Assembly: GCA_945906725.1 (NCBI GenBank)
Contig: CAMDRI010000003.1
Location: 2,436-66,435 of the forward strand
Source of the DNA: Candidatus Kuenenia stuttgartensis
Lineage (GTDB): Bacteria; Planctomycetota; Planctomycetia; Planctomycetales; Planctomycetaceae
Direction of reading: 5' to 3'
DNA length: 64,000 nucleotides
A program made the translations under genes and the position numbers. Under the pieces are notes generated by a model that saw nothing but the letters and a program-made list of their open reading frames with translations, had not been told where the DNA came from and made no database searches. This document shows positions 7,686-17,204 of the stretch, in pieces. The first letter of the stretch is position 1; every line of letters starts with the position of its first letter.

Positions 7686-9170
7686 CTACTCATGGCGCCG
7701 TGCCAGTGCCTCTTCGTAGAGCGCAACGTACCCGCGGGCGGAGCGATTCCAGGACCAATCGCGTGACATTCCCGATCGTTGCAGACGTCGCCAGGCCACC
7801 GTGTCAGCAAACAGCTTCAACGCCCAAGCGAGTTGCTGCCACAGCTGATCGGGATCGTGAACGCCGAACGAGAATCCGGTCGCGGTCTCGTTGTTCAACG
7901 ATTCGGGCGTCGCACCAACCACTGAATCGGCCAGCCCGCCGGTCGCTCGGACAATCGGCGGAGTGCCATAAGCCATCGAATACATCTGATTGAGTCCGCA
8001 TGGCTCGAACTTGCTGGGCATCAAGAACATGTCCGATCCCGCCTCGATCAAATGCGCTAAAGCTTCGTCGTAACCAATCACTGCATGAACCTTGTTGGGA
8101 TATGCCGCAGCTAAGTGCCGGCACAGATCTTCGTACTCCGGCTGCCCGTTGCCCAAGAAAACAACCTGCACGTCTCGTTCGAGCAGCCGACTCACGCACG
8201 CGCCGATCAAATCAAATCCCTTCTGCCACGACATTCGCGAAACCATGCCCAATAGCGGCACATCGTCACGCACAGGCAATTGCAGACGTTGCTGCAACGT
8301 ACGCTTGCAAATTGATTTACCCGTCTTCAGAGATTCGATGTCGTATCGCACTGGCAGGTACGGGTCGTTCGAAGGACTCCATTCCTGCAGGTCGATGCCG
8401 TTCAGGATGCCGGTCAAATCCGCCGAGCGATCTCGCAACACGCCATCCAAGCCGTGACCAAATTCGACCGTTTGAATCTCGCGCGAGTACGTCGGGCTGA
8501 CAGTACAAAGCTGATCGGCGAAAACAATTCCCGCCTTCAAGAAGTTCACTCGGCCCCAACACTCGAATTGCTTCCAGTTGTAGAACTCCCAGCCCAGTCC
8601 CGTCAGAGGCATGACGTCGGACGAGTATGCACCCTGAAACGTCATGTTGTGCAGCGTCATGATCGCCGCCGTGCGTCGCAGGTCAGGAACCCACTGACGA
8701 AACTGCGTCTCCAGCAATGCCATCACCAACGCAGTCTGCCAATCGTGTGCCTGAATGACATCCGGCTTGAGCTTCAAGCGTGCCACCGCTTCCAAAGCCG
8801 CCCGACTGAAAGCGATGAATCGTTCCGGGTTGTCGCTGTAGTCGGCCTTAGTCTCCGGGTCTTGATACAGGCCGTCTCGGTCGTAGTAATCCGGCTGATC
8901 GACTAGCACGACATCGACGCGACTCCCCGGCATCTGTGTTCGCTGAAGTTGGATTCGCACCTGCCGATCACCTAACGGAATCTCAAAAGCTTCTCCGATT
9001 GGCTCCACTGCAACGCCGCACTTCGCAAGGAAGCGTGAGTACAACGGCAGGATCAACGTGACTTCGTGACCAAGTTCCGCGAGTGCTTTGCTGAGCGCGC
9101 CTGCGACGTCCGCCAAGCCGCCAGTCTTCGCGAATGGCACGGCTTCGGAACTGACCTGGACGATTCGCAT
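7686..9170 (-). CDS. glgA: glycogen synthase (ADP-glucose type), 494 aa
   Basis: ORF trimmed to MRIVQVSSEAVPFAKTGGLADVAGALSKALAELGHEV, the canonical GlgA N-terminus (KTGGL). The C-terminal part reads FLMPSKFEPCGLNQMY...TGGLADSV. ATG 9173 is an alternative start. Confidence 0.92.
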   Translation of the reverse strand: MRIVQVSSEAVPFAKTGGLADVAGALSKALAELGHEVTLILPLYSRFLAKCGVAVEPIGEAFEIPLGDRQVRIQLQRTQMPGSRVDVVLVDQPDYYDRDGLYQDPETKADYSDNPERFIAFSRAALEAVARLKLKPDVIQAHDWQTALVMALLETQFRQWVPDLRRTAAIMTLHNMTFQGAYSSDVMPLTGLGWEFYNWKQFECWGRVNFLKAGIVFADQLCTVSPTYSREIQTVEFGHGLDGVLRDRSADLTGILNGIDLQEWSPSNDPYLPVRYDIESLKTGKSICKRTLQQRLQLPVRDDVPLLGMVSRMSWQKGFDLIGACVSRLLERDVQVVFLGNGQPEYEDLCRHLAAAYPNKVHAVIGYDEALAHLIEAGSDMFLMPSKFEPCGLNQMYSMAYGTPPIVRATGGLADSVVGATPESLNNETATGFSFGVHDPDQLWQQLAWALKLFADTVAWRRLQRSGMSRDWSWNRSARGYVALYEEALARRHE

Positions 9171-9230
9171 CATGCACTCCCAACATCGCAAAGCGGGACT
9201 TCGGAAGTGCATCGTTTCAGAAATGCGGCG

Positions 9231-9276
9231 ACAAAAACAGGAAAGAGGGCACTCGTTCAATCAACGAGCGCCCTCT
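9231..9276 (-). terminator. intrinsic terminator downstream of the lipoprotein gene
   Basis: The minus strand reads AGAGGGCGCTCGTT-GATTG-AACGAGTGCCCTCT followed by TTCCTGTTTTTGT. This is a 14-bp stem with one mismatch. It lies between the stop at 9313 and the glgA start. Confidence 0.55.
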
Positions 9277-9312
9277 TCAGTTGTCGTGCCAAGAGTCAGT
9301 CGCAGCGGGCGA

Positions 9313-9705
9313 CTATTTCAAGAAGAAATCAGACGGGCCTTTGCAGGTGTAGTACGGATAGACGACGGCTGCGGCCGGCTGGTTCTGGGATGGGTACGTC
9401 AAATTCTTCGGTTGGCGATAGTCGAAAGTGTGATGGTGTTTCGGCCAGTGATAGTTCTCGGGACAGTCATTCGGGTTTTGCGCCCATTCCGGCGGATACG
9501 ACATTGAGTCCGCACCGGCCGGTCCGTCGTAGTACATCGGAGCGGGCATGGCTCCCATCGGACCATGTGGTCCCATTGGACCATTCGCTCCCAGTGAATG
9601 CGGTGCGGGGTTCTGTCCGCGAACAACTGCATGATTCGATTGGCAGCCCACGATCGCCACCATCCCAGCGAACAGAGCACACAACATCCATTGAGACTTC
9701 ATCAT
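9313..9705 (-). CDS. small secreted lipoprotein, Pro/His/Tyr-rich (130 aa)
   Basis: Trimmed to MMKSQWMLCALFAGMVAIVGCQSN, a signal peptide plus lipobox Cys. GGGAGGCGAGGA lies upstream. The C-terminus reads VVYPYYTCKGPSDFFLK. Confidence 0.65.
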   Translation of the reverse strand: MMKSQWMLCALFAGMVAIVGCQSNHAVVRGQNPAPHSLGANGPMGPHGPMGAMPAPMYYDGPAGADSMSYPPEWAQNPNDCPENYHWPKHHHTFDYRQPKNLTYPSQNQPAAAVVYPYYTCKGPSDFFLK

Positions 9706-10009
9706 TCCTCGCCTCCCTGCGAATTTGAGCGATGCACTGACTCGACGACCGTCTGCATCTCGATCGTCGCGGAACTCAGTCCTTCGCAATTGTTATCGAC
9801 CCGCAGGCTCGGCGGATTGCGAGGATTCCTCACAACCGGAAAAGTCAGCCCAGTCCGCGGAATTCCTCGATCTTGCAGCACTTTCCGAGGCCAGATAGAG
9901 TCCGACCCGCTCAGGATTGCCCCACGGCAAGTTCCCGACTTCGCCGCAAACAGCACTCTGCCAGCCACTTGCCACCGACAGAGTGACACTGATCAAAGGA
10001 TTGACCGGT

Positions 10010-10756
10010 ATGTTCGTCGCCGCTTCGAGTCGCTGTTTTTCTGACAAAAGTTTCGCGGAAGCGTGTCACCTGATCACGGATTTGGAGTTCGACAAAGTCG
10101 AACTCTGGTTCGACGACAACAGTCAGCACCTGCGGCCCAGCGATGCGGTGAAGAACCTCGAAGGCTTTTTCGCTCAATATCGCGAAGCCACACGCCTCAT
10201 TCCGGTCGCGTTTTGTTTGGAACACGATGTCCCCGCAACCATGCTGCATGACCTTTGCAAACTGGCCAAGTTGATGCGCGTCGCGCAAATCACGGTTCCC
10301 GCTTCGGCGTTGGGGACACCCTTCAACGAAGAAATCGACCGCCTCCGCAATTTTATCCGACTGGCCAATGAGGAAACGATCCGACTCTCCATCAAGACGA
10401 AGACCGGCACGTTGACCGAAGACCCGCGCACGGCCGTGGAACTCTGCCAATCGGTACGTGGTCTCGGATTGACGCTGGACCCCAGCTACTACCATTGCGG
10501 ACCACACGCTTCGCGAGAAATCGATTCGTTGATGCCGCTGGTCTATCACGTCCATCTTCGCGACAGCACCGCCACGCAACTTCAGATTCAAGTCGGTCTT
10601 GGCGAACTGGACTACACGAGGCTGATCGCTCAACTTCACAAGGAGAATTTCGAGCGGATCCTCTCCGTCGAACTCTTCCCGGAGCTTTACGATTCAGAAA
10701 TCAACCGTCTGCTCGAGATGCGCAAGCTGCGAATGCTGCTCGAAACGCTGCTGTAG
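10010..10756 (+). CDS. xylose isomerase-like TIM-barrel protein (sugar phosphate isomerase/epimerase family), 248 aa
   Basis: Trimmed to ATG 10010 (MFVAASSRCFSDKSFAEACHLITDLEFDKVELW), with AAGGA 9 nt upstream. The pattern is typical AP_endonuc_2 (..VHLRD...Q...G.GELDY..L...L). Confidence 0.8.
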   Translation: MFVAASSRCFSDKSFAEACHLITDLEFDKVELWFDDNSQHLRPSDAVKNLEGFFAQYREATRLIPVAFCLEHDVPATMLHDLCKLAKLMRVAQITVPASALGTPFNEEIDRLRNFIRLANEETIRLSIKTKTGTLTEDPRTAVELCQSVRGLGLTLDPSYYHCGPHASREIDSLMPLVYHVHLRDSTATQLQIQVGLGELDYTRLIAQLHKENFERILSVELFPELYDSEINRLLEMRKLRMLLETLL

Positions 10757-10789
10757 GATGCACACCCTTGCCCGTCCAGCTTGGCCGAC

Positions 10790-11224
10790 TCAGGTTGATT
10801 TCTTGCGGATCGCGCGACGAAGCTTGTCCGCGCCGGACGTTTCTTCCGCCGCATCGAGAGATGCCAAGGACCGCGAGACTGCTTCCAGCAGCACTTCCAT
10901 TGCGAACGGTTTCCGCAGGTAGTCGTCGACGCCGAGCATCTCAGCGTAGGCTTTGTGCCGCCCGCCTTCATTGGCGGTGATCATGATGACCTTCGGCGGA
11001 TGCGGCAGACCTTTGAGAAACTCAAGCACCGGAAAGCCGCCCATCTTCGGCATCATCATGTCGGTGATGACCAAGTCCGGAGAAATCGACTCCGCCAACC
11101 GCCGGCCTTCGAGGCCATTTTGGCCCCATTGCACCGCGTAACCAGCGTTTTCCAACACTTTGAGCAGCGTCGAGGCGATCTCGCGGTCATCTTCGATCAA
11201 CAAAATCGTTCGTCCGGCGGGCAT
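10790..11224 (-). CDS. stand-alone CheY-like response regulator receiver (144 aa)
   Basis: Trimmed to ATG 11224 (AAGGAGA upstream). Motifs are [33 protein letters not shown] and DDYLRKPF, so all phospho-acceptor and switch positions are present. There is no output domain. Confidence 0.88.
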   Translation of the reverse strand: MPAGRTILLIEDDREIASTLLKVLENAGYAVQWGQNGLEGRRLAESISPDLVITDMMMPKMGGFPVLEFLKGLPHPPKVIMITANEGGRHKAYAEMLGVDDYLRKPFAMEVLLEAVSRSLASLDAAEETSGADKLRRAIRKKST

Positions 11225-11284
11225 GGCATTCTCCTTGGCCGAAATTCCTACGGCTTCGAATAGTAGGCCGGCGGGCAAGCGTTC

Positions 11285-12172
11285 TCAAGCACTCTCTTCG
11301 AGCACCAGGCCTTGTTCGCCAATCTCGAACGGCACAATCGTATCGTCACAAGCACTGCCACGATGCTTGGCGACATGCAACGCGCGGCGCATGCGCAACC
11401 CGTCACGAACCTTGCCCATCAGGATGATCGTATTGGCATTCGACAACGAGTCGCCGCTCCCCAACGGTCGGGCCAAGAGATCATCGAGCATGACTTCATG
11501 CGAGGTGTAAAGCAGCGTGCAACAGATTTCTCGATAGTCGTACCGGTGGGCAGCGACGTTGTCGGCTTGCGACCGGAAATGAACACGGAACAAATCGCGA
11601 GCAACCCAATCATCGTCCTTTCGCAGAATCTGATGATAGATGTAGTCGATCACCTGGAACTGAAAGCTGTCGCTGTCTCGCTCGGTCGGTTCGATGCCAT
11701 CGAGCACGCAGCGACGCACTCCATGCACGAAGTTGCCGTAAAAAAACTGCACCGCGCGATCGAGTTTGCGAGCCAACTCCGCGTTCCATTCCTGCCACTC
11801 TTCGACGGAGAGATCGGCTTGAGTGACTCGACGTCCGCTGCGGCGGAACAAGTGCAAGTAGTCGTGTCTCGCGCGATCGCGCTGCCAGACATCCTCGGAG
11901 TCGATGCTGCCTTCAGGCGCGAACTCTCGGAAGCTCCAATCGAACAAACGCCGCGCGTACTCGGCCTGATTCTGCGAATCGCCGCGCGTCGTGAGATCCA
12001 GCACCAGCCCCGGCTCGCCTTCTTGCGTTCGTCCCGCGTGAGCGAATTGCAGCCCAAGCTGTGTCTTGCCAATGCCGGTCGCGCCAACGACCACTGTCAG
12101 AGTGCCAGGCAGCAAGCCTCCGCCCAACATGTCGTCCAAGCGCGGGATGCCAGAGCTGAGGCGAGACGTCAT
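11285..12172 (-). CDS. single-domain KaiC/RecA-superfamily ATPase (295 aa)
   Basis: Trimmed to ATG 12172 ([43 protein letters not shown]). Walker A is GATGIGKT and the Walker B-like motif is RCVLDGIE. This is the KaiC-type opening (GI..LD..LGGG...G). Confidence 0.8.
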   Translation of the reverse strand: MTSRLSSGIPRLDDMLGGGLLPGTLTVVVGATGIGKTQLGLQFAHAGRTQEGEPGLVLDLTTRGDSQNQAEYARRLFDWSFREFAPEGSIDSEDVWQRDRARHDYLHLFRRSGRRVTQADLSVEEWQEWNAELARKLDRAVQFFYGNFVHGVRRCVLDGIEPTERDSDSFQFQVIDYIYHQILRKDDDWVARDLFRVHFRSQADNVAAHRYDYREICCTLLYTSHEVMLDDLLARPLGSGDSLSNANTIILMGKVRDGLRMRRALHVAKHRGSACDDTIVPFEIGEQGLVLEESA

Positions 12173-12186
12173 CGGTTTCCATCCGG

Positions 12187-12870
12187 CTAAAACGCTGGGC
12201 TGCCGGCTTTTTGCGGGGCGACCTGCTTCACGGCAGGAGCCTGTGAGGAAGCCGCACCGGTGCCGGCTCCGATTTCGCGGCGCGATGCGTACCGAATCGG
12301 AAACGAGGGCCACACCGTGTTCGTGACGGCCCCCGCCTCACCCATGATTTTGTCCGGTCCATCAAAAATTCGCTTGGGCCATTTGGAGAAAACCCGTTCG
12401 CTGGTCCATTGCGTGAATCCGAGCCATTGCCGATCCGGTGCCATTCCAAAGAAATTGCTCCGCTCCGATTTGAACCCCATGAACTCACGACCGAGCGGTG
12501 CGGTGTGCAAAGCGGTCAACAGAAACGCCATCGTCACATAGCCGGCCAACACTCCGCAGCCCCAGCGAGCACATTCGTGGAACATGCGATGCACGCTGAT
12601 GTACGAAGGCGACAAATAGTCTGCACCGGCTCTCAATCCCGCCACCGCAGCTCCGAATAATCCCACTAACACGATCAAATCTAGCCGTGCCTGCCAGTAG
12701 TAATTCGATCCGAGCAAGCCGTCACAGATTGGCTCGAAGAGATTCATCGATAAGAGTCCGCCGAGAATCACGCAAATCGCTGTGATCGCCGCACCCCATG
12801 CACCTTCGCCGGCGACGCAGTACGTCACTCCCCCGAAGATCAATAAGAGCAGAATGTCGATGACAGCCAT
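12187..12870 (-). CDS. CvpA-like four-helix membrane protein (227 aa)
   Basis: ATG 12870 is preceded by GAGGAG. The N-terminus [38 protein letters not shown] fits the CvpA family pattern. Four hydrophobic helices are followed by a soluble tail. Confidence 0.7.
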   Translation of the reverse strand: MAVIDILLLLIFGGVTYCVAGEGAWGAAITAICVILGGLLSMNLFEPICDGLLGSNYYWQARLDLIVLVGLFGAAVAGLRAGADYLSPSYISVHRMFHECARWGCGVLAGYVTMAFLLTALHTAPLGREFMGFKSERSNFFGMAPDRQWLGFTQWTSERVFSKWPKRIFDGPDKIMGEAGAVTNTVWPSFPIRYASRREIGAGTGAASSQAPAVKQVAPQKAGSPAF

Positions 12871-12888
12871 GTTGGCTCCTCAGAGTTT

Positions 12889-14751
12889 TTACTTCACAAC
12901 CCGCAGCAACTCGTCGATCGACGTGATGCCTTTCACAACCAGCCGCAAGCCTTCTTCCTGCATGTAGAGCATTCCGCCCTTGCGAGCCTCCGCCTTGAGC
13001 GCCGACAGCGCGGCCTTCTCTCGAATCAGGTCTCGCATGCGATCGTTAATCACCAGCAATTCGTAAACGCCGACTCGGCCACGATAGCCCATGCCGCCGC
13101 AAGTCGGGCACGCGACATTCTCGCCTTCTTTGGGGGGCCGGTAGAGCTTGTCGATCTTTTCTGCGGGGAGGTTGGCTTTCTTCAGAAACTCGGATTTCGG
13201 AACGTACGACTCTTTGCAATCGGGGCAAAGCCGTCGAGCCAATCGTTGAGCGAGAATCGCGCTCAGGGAACTCGACAGCATCGACACATCGACGCCGAGG
13301 TCGATCATGCGGTACAGCGCCGTGATGGCGTCATTCGCGTGTACCGTCGAGAAGACCATGTGGCCGGTGTTCGCCGCCTGGCAAGCAATGTTGGCGGTTT
13401 CGCCATCTCGGATTTCGCCGATCATCACGATGTCCGGATCTTGCCGCAGCACGCTGCGCAGCGAAGTCGCGAAGGTCTGTCCCGCCTTCATGTTGATCTC
13501 GATCTGTGTGACATTCGCCATCTTGTATTCGACGGGGTCTTCGATCGTGATGATGTTCTGTTGAAACGAGTCGATGTCGTTCAGGCAGGCATACAACGTC
13601 GTCGACTTACCGGCACCAGTGGGACCGCAGACCAGCAGCAGACCGTGTGGCTGATGGACGACTTCTTTGAGTTGCTCTTCCAGTTGCTTGCGAAAGCCGA
13701 GGTCGAGCAGCGTGCTGACGGAATTCGATTGATCGAGGATGCGCAGGGTCATTTTCTCGCCGTCGCGAGTTCCTTGCGTGGCAACGCGGAAGTCAATTTC
13801 GCGACCATCGGTCACGGCGCGGAAACTGCCGTCGAGCGACTTGCGCTTCTCGGTGATGTCCATCGCGGCCAGAATTTTGAAGATGTTGATGACGTTATCG
13901 CCAAGCGCGCGGTCAAATGGCTCAACCGAGTACATCACACCGTCCACGCGCAGCCGGACCTGCAGCTCATCTTCTTTCGGTTCGAGATGAATATCCGTTG
14001 CGCGTTTGATGATCGCGTCGTAGACCAACTCCTTTGCCGCCAGGAATCCGCGCGAGTTCTCGACCTGTGACGTGCGGCTGGTGTCGCGGCGGCCGGTCGA
14101 AGTTTTGCCGATGAATTCGATGTCCGGACCGAGCAATTGCTGCTTCATCTTCTTGCCGCCGAGGTGCAACCCCATCCGAGCCAGCGTGCGAAACACGACG
14201 CTCTTGATGTGTTTCCGAGTGAGCAGACGAGCGGAATCCGGCACGCAGGCATTTCGCTCGCGGATGTACAATCCCAGTGGCAGGCCTTGCAGCGAGAGAC
14301 TCAAAAAGAATCCCAGCGAAAATGGCGACATCGACACGCCGACCAGCATTGATGTCAATCCGCCTGCAAAGTACGCCGAGTTCCAAAACTCACTGTTGAC
14401 TTTCAGTGAAGTGGCGTCCTGATTGACCCACTTTCCCAATGCCACCCAGCCAAAAAACAAACCAACGATCGGCACAAACTTCCACAAGCTCAAGTAAAAA
14501 CCGGCTGGTTGCCCCCAAGCTCGATTGCCGCGCATGAACCCGTCGGGGTTCGGCGGAAATCGACTGACGTCGCGAACTGCGGCAGCCGCTGGTTGAGCCG
14601 CAGGAGTGGTCTCTGCCGCCGGTGCGGCATCTTTCGCGGGAGCTGGTTGAGCGAATGACTCGTTCGCGATACCCAACGCCAACAGCACAATGGCGACCAT
14701 CTGCCTCAGCCAGCGCGTTCGTTTTGACTCATTCTCATGAGGTCGCATCAT
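12889..14751 (-). CDS. GspE/PilB-family (type II/IV secretion) ATPase with N-terminal transmembrane module (620 aa)
   Basis: Core motifs are ATDIHLEP, Walker A VCGPTGAGKSTT, IITIEDPVEY, DPDIVMIGEIRD, GHMVFSTVHAN and the tetracysteine CPDC...CPTCGG. Residues 1-165 are signal-like plus three hydrophobic helices. Confidence 0.9.
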   Translation of the reverse strand: MMRPHENESKRTRWLRQMVAIVLLALGIANESFAQPAPAKDAAPAAETTPAAQPAAAAVRDVSRFPPNPDGFMRGNRAWGQPAGFYLSLWKFVPIVGLFFGWVALGKWVNQDATSLKVNSEFWNSAYFAGGLTSMLVGVSMSPFSLGFFLSLSLQGLPLGLYIRERNACVPDSARLLTRKHIKSVVFRTLARMGLHLGGKKMKQQLLGPDIEFIGKTSTGRRDTSRTSQVENSRGFLAAKELVYDAIIKRATDIHLEPKEDELQVRLRVDGVMYSVEPFDRALGDNVINIFKILAAMDITEKRKSLDGSFRAVTDGREIDFRVATQGTRDGEKMTLRILDQSNSVSTLLDLGFRKQLEEQLKEVVHQPHGLLLVCGPTGAGKSTTLYACLNDIDSFQQNIITIEDPVEYKMANVTQIEINMKAGQTFATSLRSVLRQDPDIVMIGEIRDGETANIACQAANTGHMVFSTVHANDAITALYRMIDLGVDVSMLSSSLSAILAQRLARRLCPDCKESYVPKSEFLKKANLPAEKIDKLYRPPKEGENVACPTCGGMGYRGRVGVYELLVINDRMRDLIREKAALSALKAEARKGGMLYMQEEGLRLVVKGITSIDELLRVVK

Positions 14752-14896
14752 CGGCTAACACTCACCGCTATCGGCTGTCGGTTGATCAGCGCAGCCCTGG
14801 CTAAGATTTCGCCCGCTCGAGAGCCGGGCATGGTACTGGCGACTCCCAGCACTGGCTAGTTTCGCCGCACGGGGTCGCTCACCGACCGGCACCGCT

Positions 14897-15271
14897 TCAC
14901 GAAAACATGGATGACGAGAGGCTCACATCCACAATGCTGCATGCACAGATCACTGGAAGTGCGAGCTTCTCGGCGACCGACAACAGCTCTTCGCTTTCGC
15001 TGCCGGGATTCAGCCAGACTTCGCGCGGCTGACACGCGACGATGTCCTCCAGCAGCGTGATCCCAATTTTTGGCGGAAGATAGACGGTGACCCGATCCAA
15101 CGAGCGAACCGGAATCTCCCGCAGCGAGCGAAACGCACGAAAGCCCTCGATCTCCGCCGCCTGCGGGTTGATCGGGAAAATTTCCCAGCCCGCTCGCGCA
15201 TGAGCACGCACCGATCTGTTGCCGTACTTGGAGCGATCGCGACTGGCTCCCAAAACAGCAACGGTGGGCAT
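14897..15271 (-). CDS. CoA-binding domain protein (YccU-like), 124 aa
   Basis: The sequence MPTVAVLGASRDRSKYGNRSVRAHARAGWEIFPINPQAAEIEGFRAF fits the CoA_binding_2 pattern. Confidence 0.8.
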   Translation of the reverse strand: MPTVAVLGASRDRSKYGNRSVRAHARAGWEIFPINPQAAEIEGFRAFRSLREIPVRSLDRVTVYLPPKIGITLLEDIVACQPREVWLNPGSESEELLSVAEKLALPVICACSIVDVSLSSSMFS

Positions 15272-15361
15272 GAGGCTCTTTCCGTAGGTCTGGCGTTCCA
15301 GCCTGACCCGAATACTCCAACGGCGTCGTTCCCAAAACCGGGTCAGCCTGGAAAGGCTGAC

Positions 15362-16750
15362 CTACGACATCCGAATCGGCTCGTAATCTGAAAACACGCG
15401 AGCCAGATCGAAGGGCAGATTCCGTTGCAGCCGCACCTCGCCGACATCCAGCAGCGTGTGCATGATCGTGCCAATGAGATTGCGGATCGTGACTTTGTCC
15501 GAGTTCGGCTCCCCCGCGTCTTTCGACGATTGGCCGATGACTCGGCCCATCGGCAGGCCGCCGCCGGACAACAGCAGCGGCGCGAGATTGCCCCAGTGGT
15601 CGCGCCCGCCACCAGCGTTGATGCGCGGCGTGCGACCCATCTCGCCGCAGCAGACCAGCAGAATCTTATCGCTCAATCCGCGAGCTTCCAGATCTTCGAT
15701 GAACGCCGACACGGCGTGATCGAACGGCACGCCGCAGTATTTCATTCCCTCTTCGACGCCGGCGTTATTCACGTCGGCGTGATTGTCCCACACGAAGTTA
15801 GTCGTCACGGTGACGAACTTGCAGCCCGCCTCGCACAACCGCCGAGACAACAGAAGCAGTTTGCCCAGCGTCTGCGTGTGATCGGTGTAGAACTTGTAGT
15901 TGTTCAACTTCTTGTCGATCTCCTCCGGCCGAATCAGCGGAGCGGTGTCGTAGCGGGCAATCGTCTTCGGATCTTCTTTGCTGAGATCGAACGCCTCGGA
16001 GATCCCTCGCAGAATCGTGTCGAGCGCCTGCTCCTGAAACTTGTCGAGACCTTCCGCCTCGCCGCGCACGTCAACGGTACGGCGGATGCGATCAAATTCC
16101 TGCCGGAGCTTGCGGCGGTCGTCGAGTCGCTCGCGCGGCAGCGTCAGCTTCAAACTCTCCTGAAATGATCCTTCACCGCCGGGCAAGAACGGCGAGTACG
16201 CCGAACCCAAGGCTCCCGAATCGGTGAACCGTCCGAAACCCGTCTGCATGGCTTGAGCTTGCGGATTGATCGCCTGCGGAAAGAGCGCGGCGTTGACCGG
16301 CATCCCGGTCTGCGAATTCACCGCCCCCGCCACTCGCGCGTACAGCGAACCTAGATTCGCCTTCAGTGTGTCCGCCGAAACAATTGGTTTGATGTCGTGA
16401 TTGCCGTCTCCGGTGACGAACGATCGCACAACCGTCAGCTTCTCCGCCAACTGCGCGAGCTTCGGATATGTCGCCCCGAACGTGACTCCGGGCAAAGCGG
16501 TCTGCACTTCGCCGTTGATGCTGTGAATTCCGGACGGTGCCGTCATTTTCGGATCGAACGTCTCGATCTGGCTCGGCCCGCCGTGCATGAACAGAAACAC
16601 GACCGACTTGTCCGTCGTCACCGCTCGCCCCGCCGCCGACGCCGTTGTCCGCAACCAGTCAGCCAAAGTCAGGCCGCCCAGCGCCAACCCGCCGATGCGC
16701 AAGAAATCCCGACGAGAACCGCGAGCCAACGGATCGAGAATGCTCAGCAT
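15362..16750 (-). CDS. DUF1501 domain protein (sulfatase-fold, Tat signal), 462 aa
   Basis: The twin-arginine signal is SRRDFLRIGGLALGG. DUF1501 hallmarks are [19 protein letters not shown] and GRDHWG. GGGGAGG lies upstream of ATG 16750. Confidence 0.88.
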   Translation of the reverse strand: MLSILDPLARGSRRDFLRIGGLALGGLTLADWLRTTASAAGRAVTTDKSVVFLFMHGGPSQIETFDPKMTAPSGIHSINGEVQTALPGVTFGATYPKLAQLAEKLTVVRSFVTGDGNHDIKPIVSADTLKANLGSLYARVAGAVNSQTGMPVNAALFPQAINPQAQAMQTGFGRFTDSGALGSAYSPFLPGGEGSFQESLKLTLPRERLDDRRKLRQEFDRIRRTVDVRGEAEGLDKFQEQALDTILRGISEAFDLSKEDPKTIARYDTAPLIRPEEIDKKLNNYKFYTDHTQTLGKLLLLSRRLCEAGCKFVTVTTNFVWDNHADVNNAGVEEGMKYCGVPFDHAVSAFIEDLEARGLSDKILLVCCGEMGRTPRINAGGGRDHWGNLAPLLLSGGGLPMGRVIGQSSKDAGEPNSDKVTIRNLIGTIMHTLLDVGEVRLQRNLPFDLARVFSDYEPIRMS

Positions 16751-16850
16751 GAAGCGACCTCCCCAACGGCATCATTTCGGCCTGGATGCGGCCTCAAATC
16801 AATGACACCTTATTTATTATCGGCGGGCCTGTCCATCGGCTTGTTTCAAG

Positions 16851-17204
16851 TCAGCCGTTTTGGATTTTTGACTCGTCGTCACCGACCCTCGATTCCAGGT
16901 TGGAAGGACGTTTTGAGAGTGCTCGAACTCCGTAAACCAAACCACCCACAAGCGCGCCGTACACGGCGGAGAGCAACACTCCGGCAAGCATACCACCGGC
17001 TTCCTCCAAGAACTTTCGATCAATGACTGGCGGTCCCGCCAACTTCGCTTGATGCCATTGGACCACCAAGATGGAAAAACCAACGGCGAGCATGATGCCG
17101 CCCGCAACGGCAGCACCAAACCGGGCTCCCCGCCAAACCGCCAACCAAGCTGTTTTTGTTCTCGCAGAACACACGATCCGAAGCCCTTCGATGCGGATCA
17201 TCAT
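16851..17204 (-). CDS. small two-helix membrane protein (117 aa), hypothetical
   Basis: The ATG overlaps the stop of the upstream propeller gene (ATGA 17204..17201). Two clear hydrophobic helices are present. No recognisable family. Confidence 0.5.
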   Translation of the reverse strand: MMIRIEGLRIVCSARTKTAWLAVWRGARFGAAVAGGIMLAVGFSILVVQWHQAKLAGPPVIDRKFLEEAGGMLAGVLLSAVYGALVGGLVYGVRALSKRPSNLESRVGDDESKIQNG

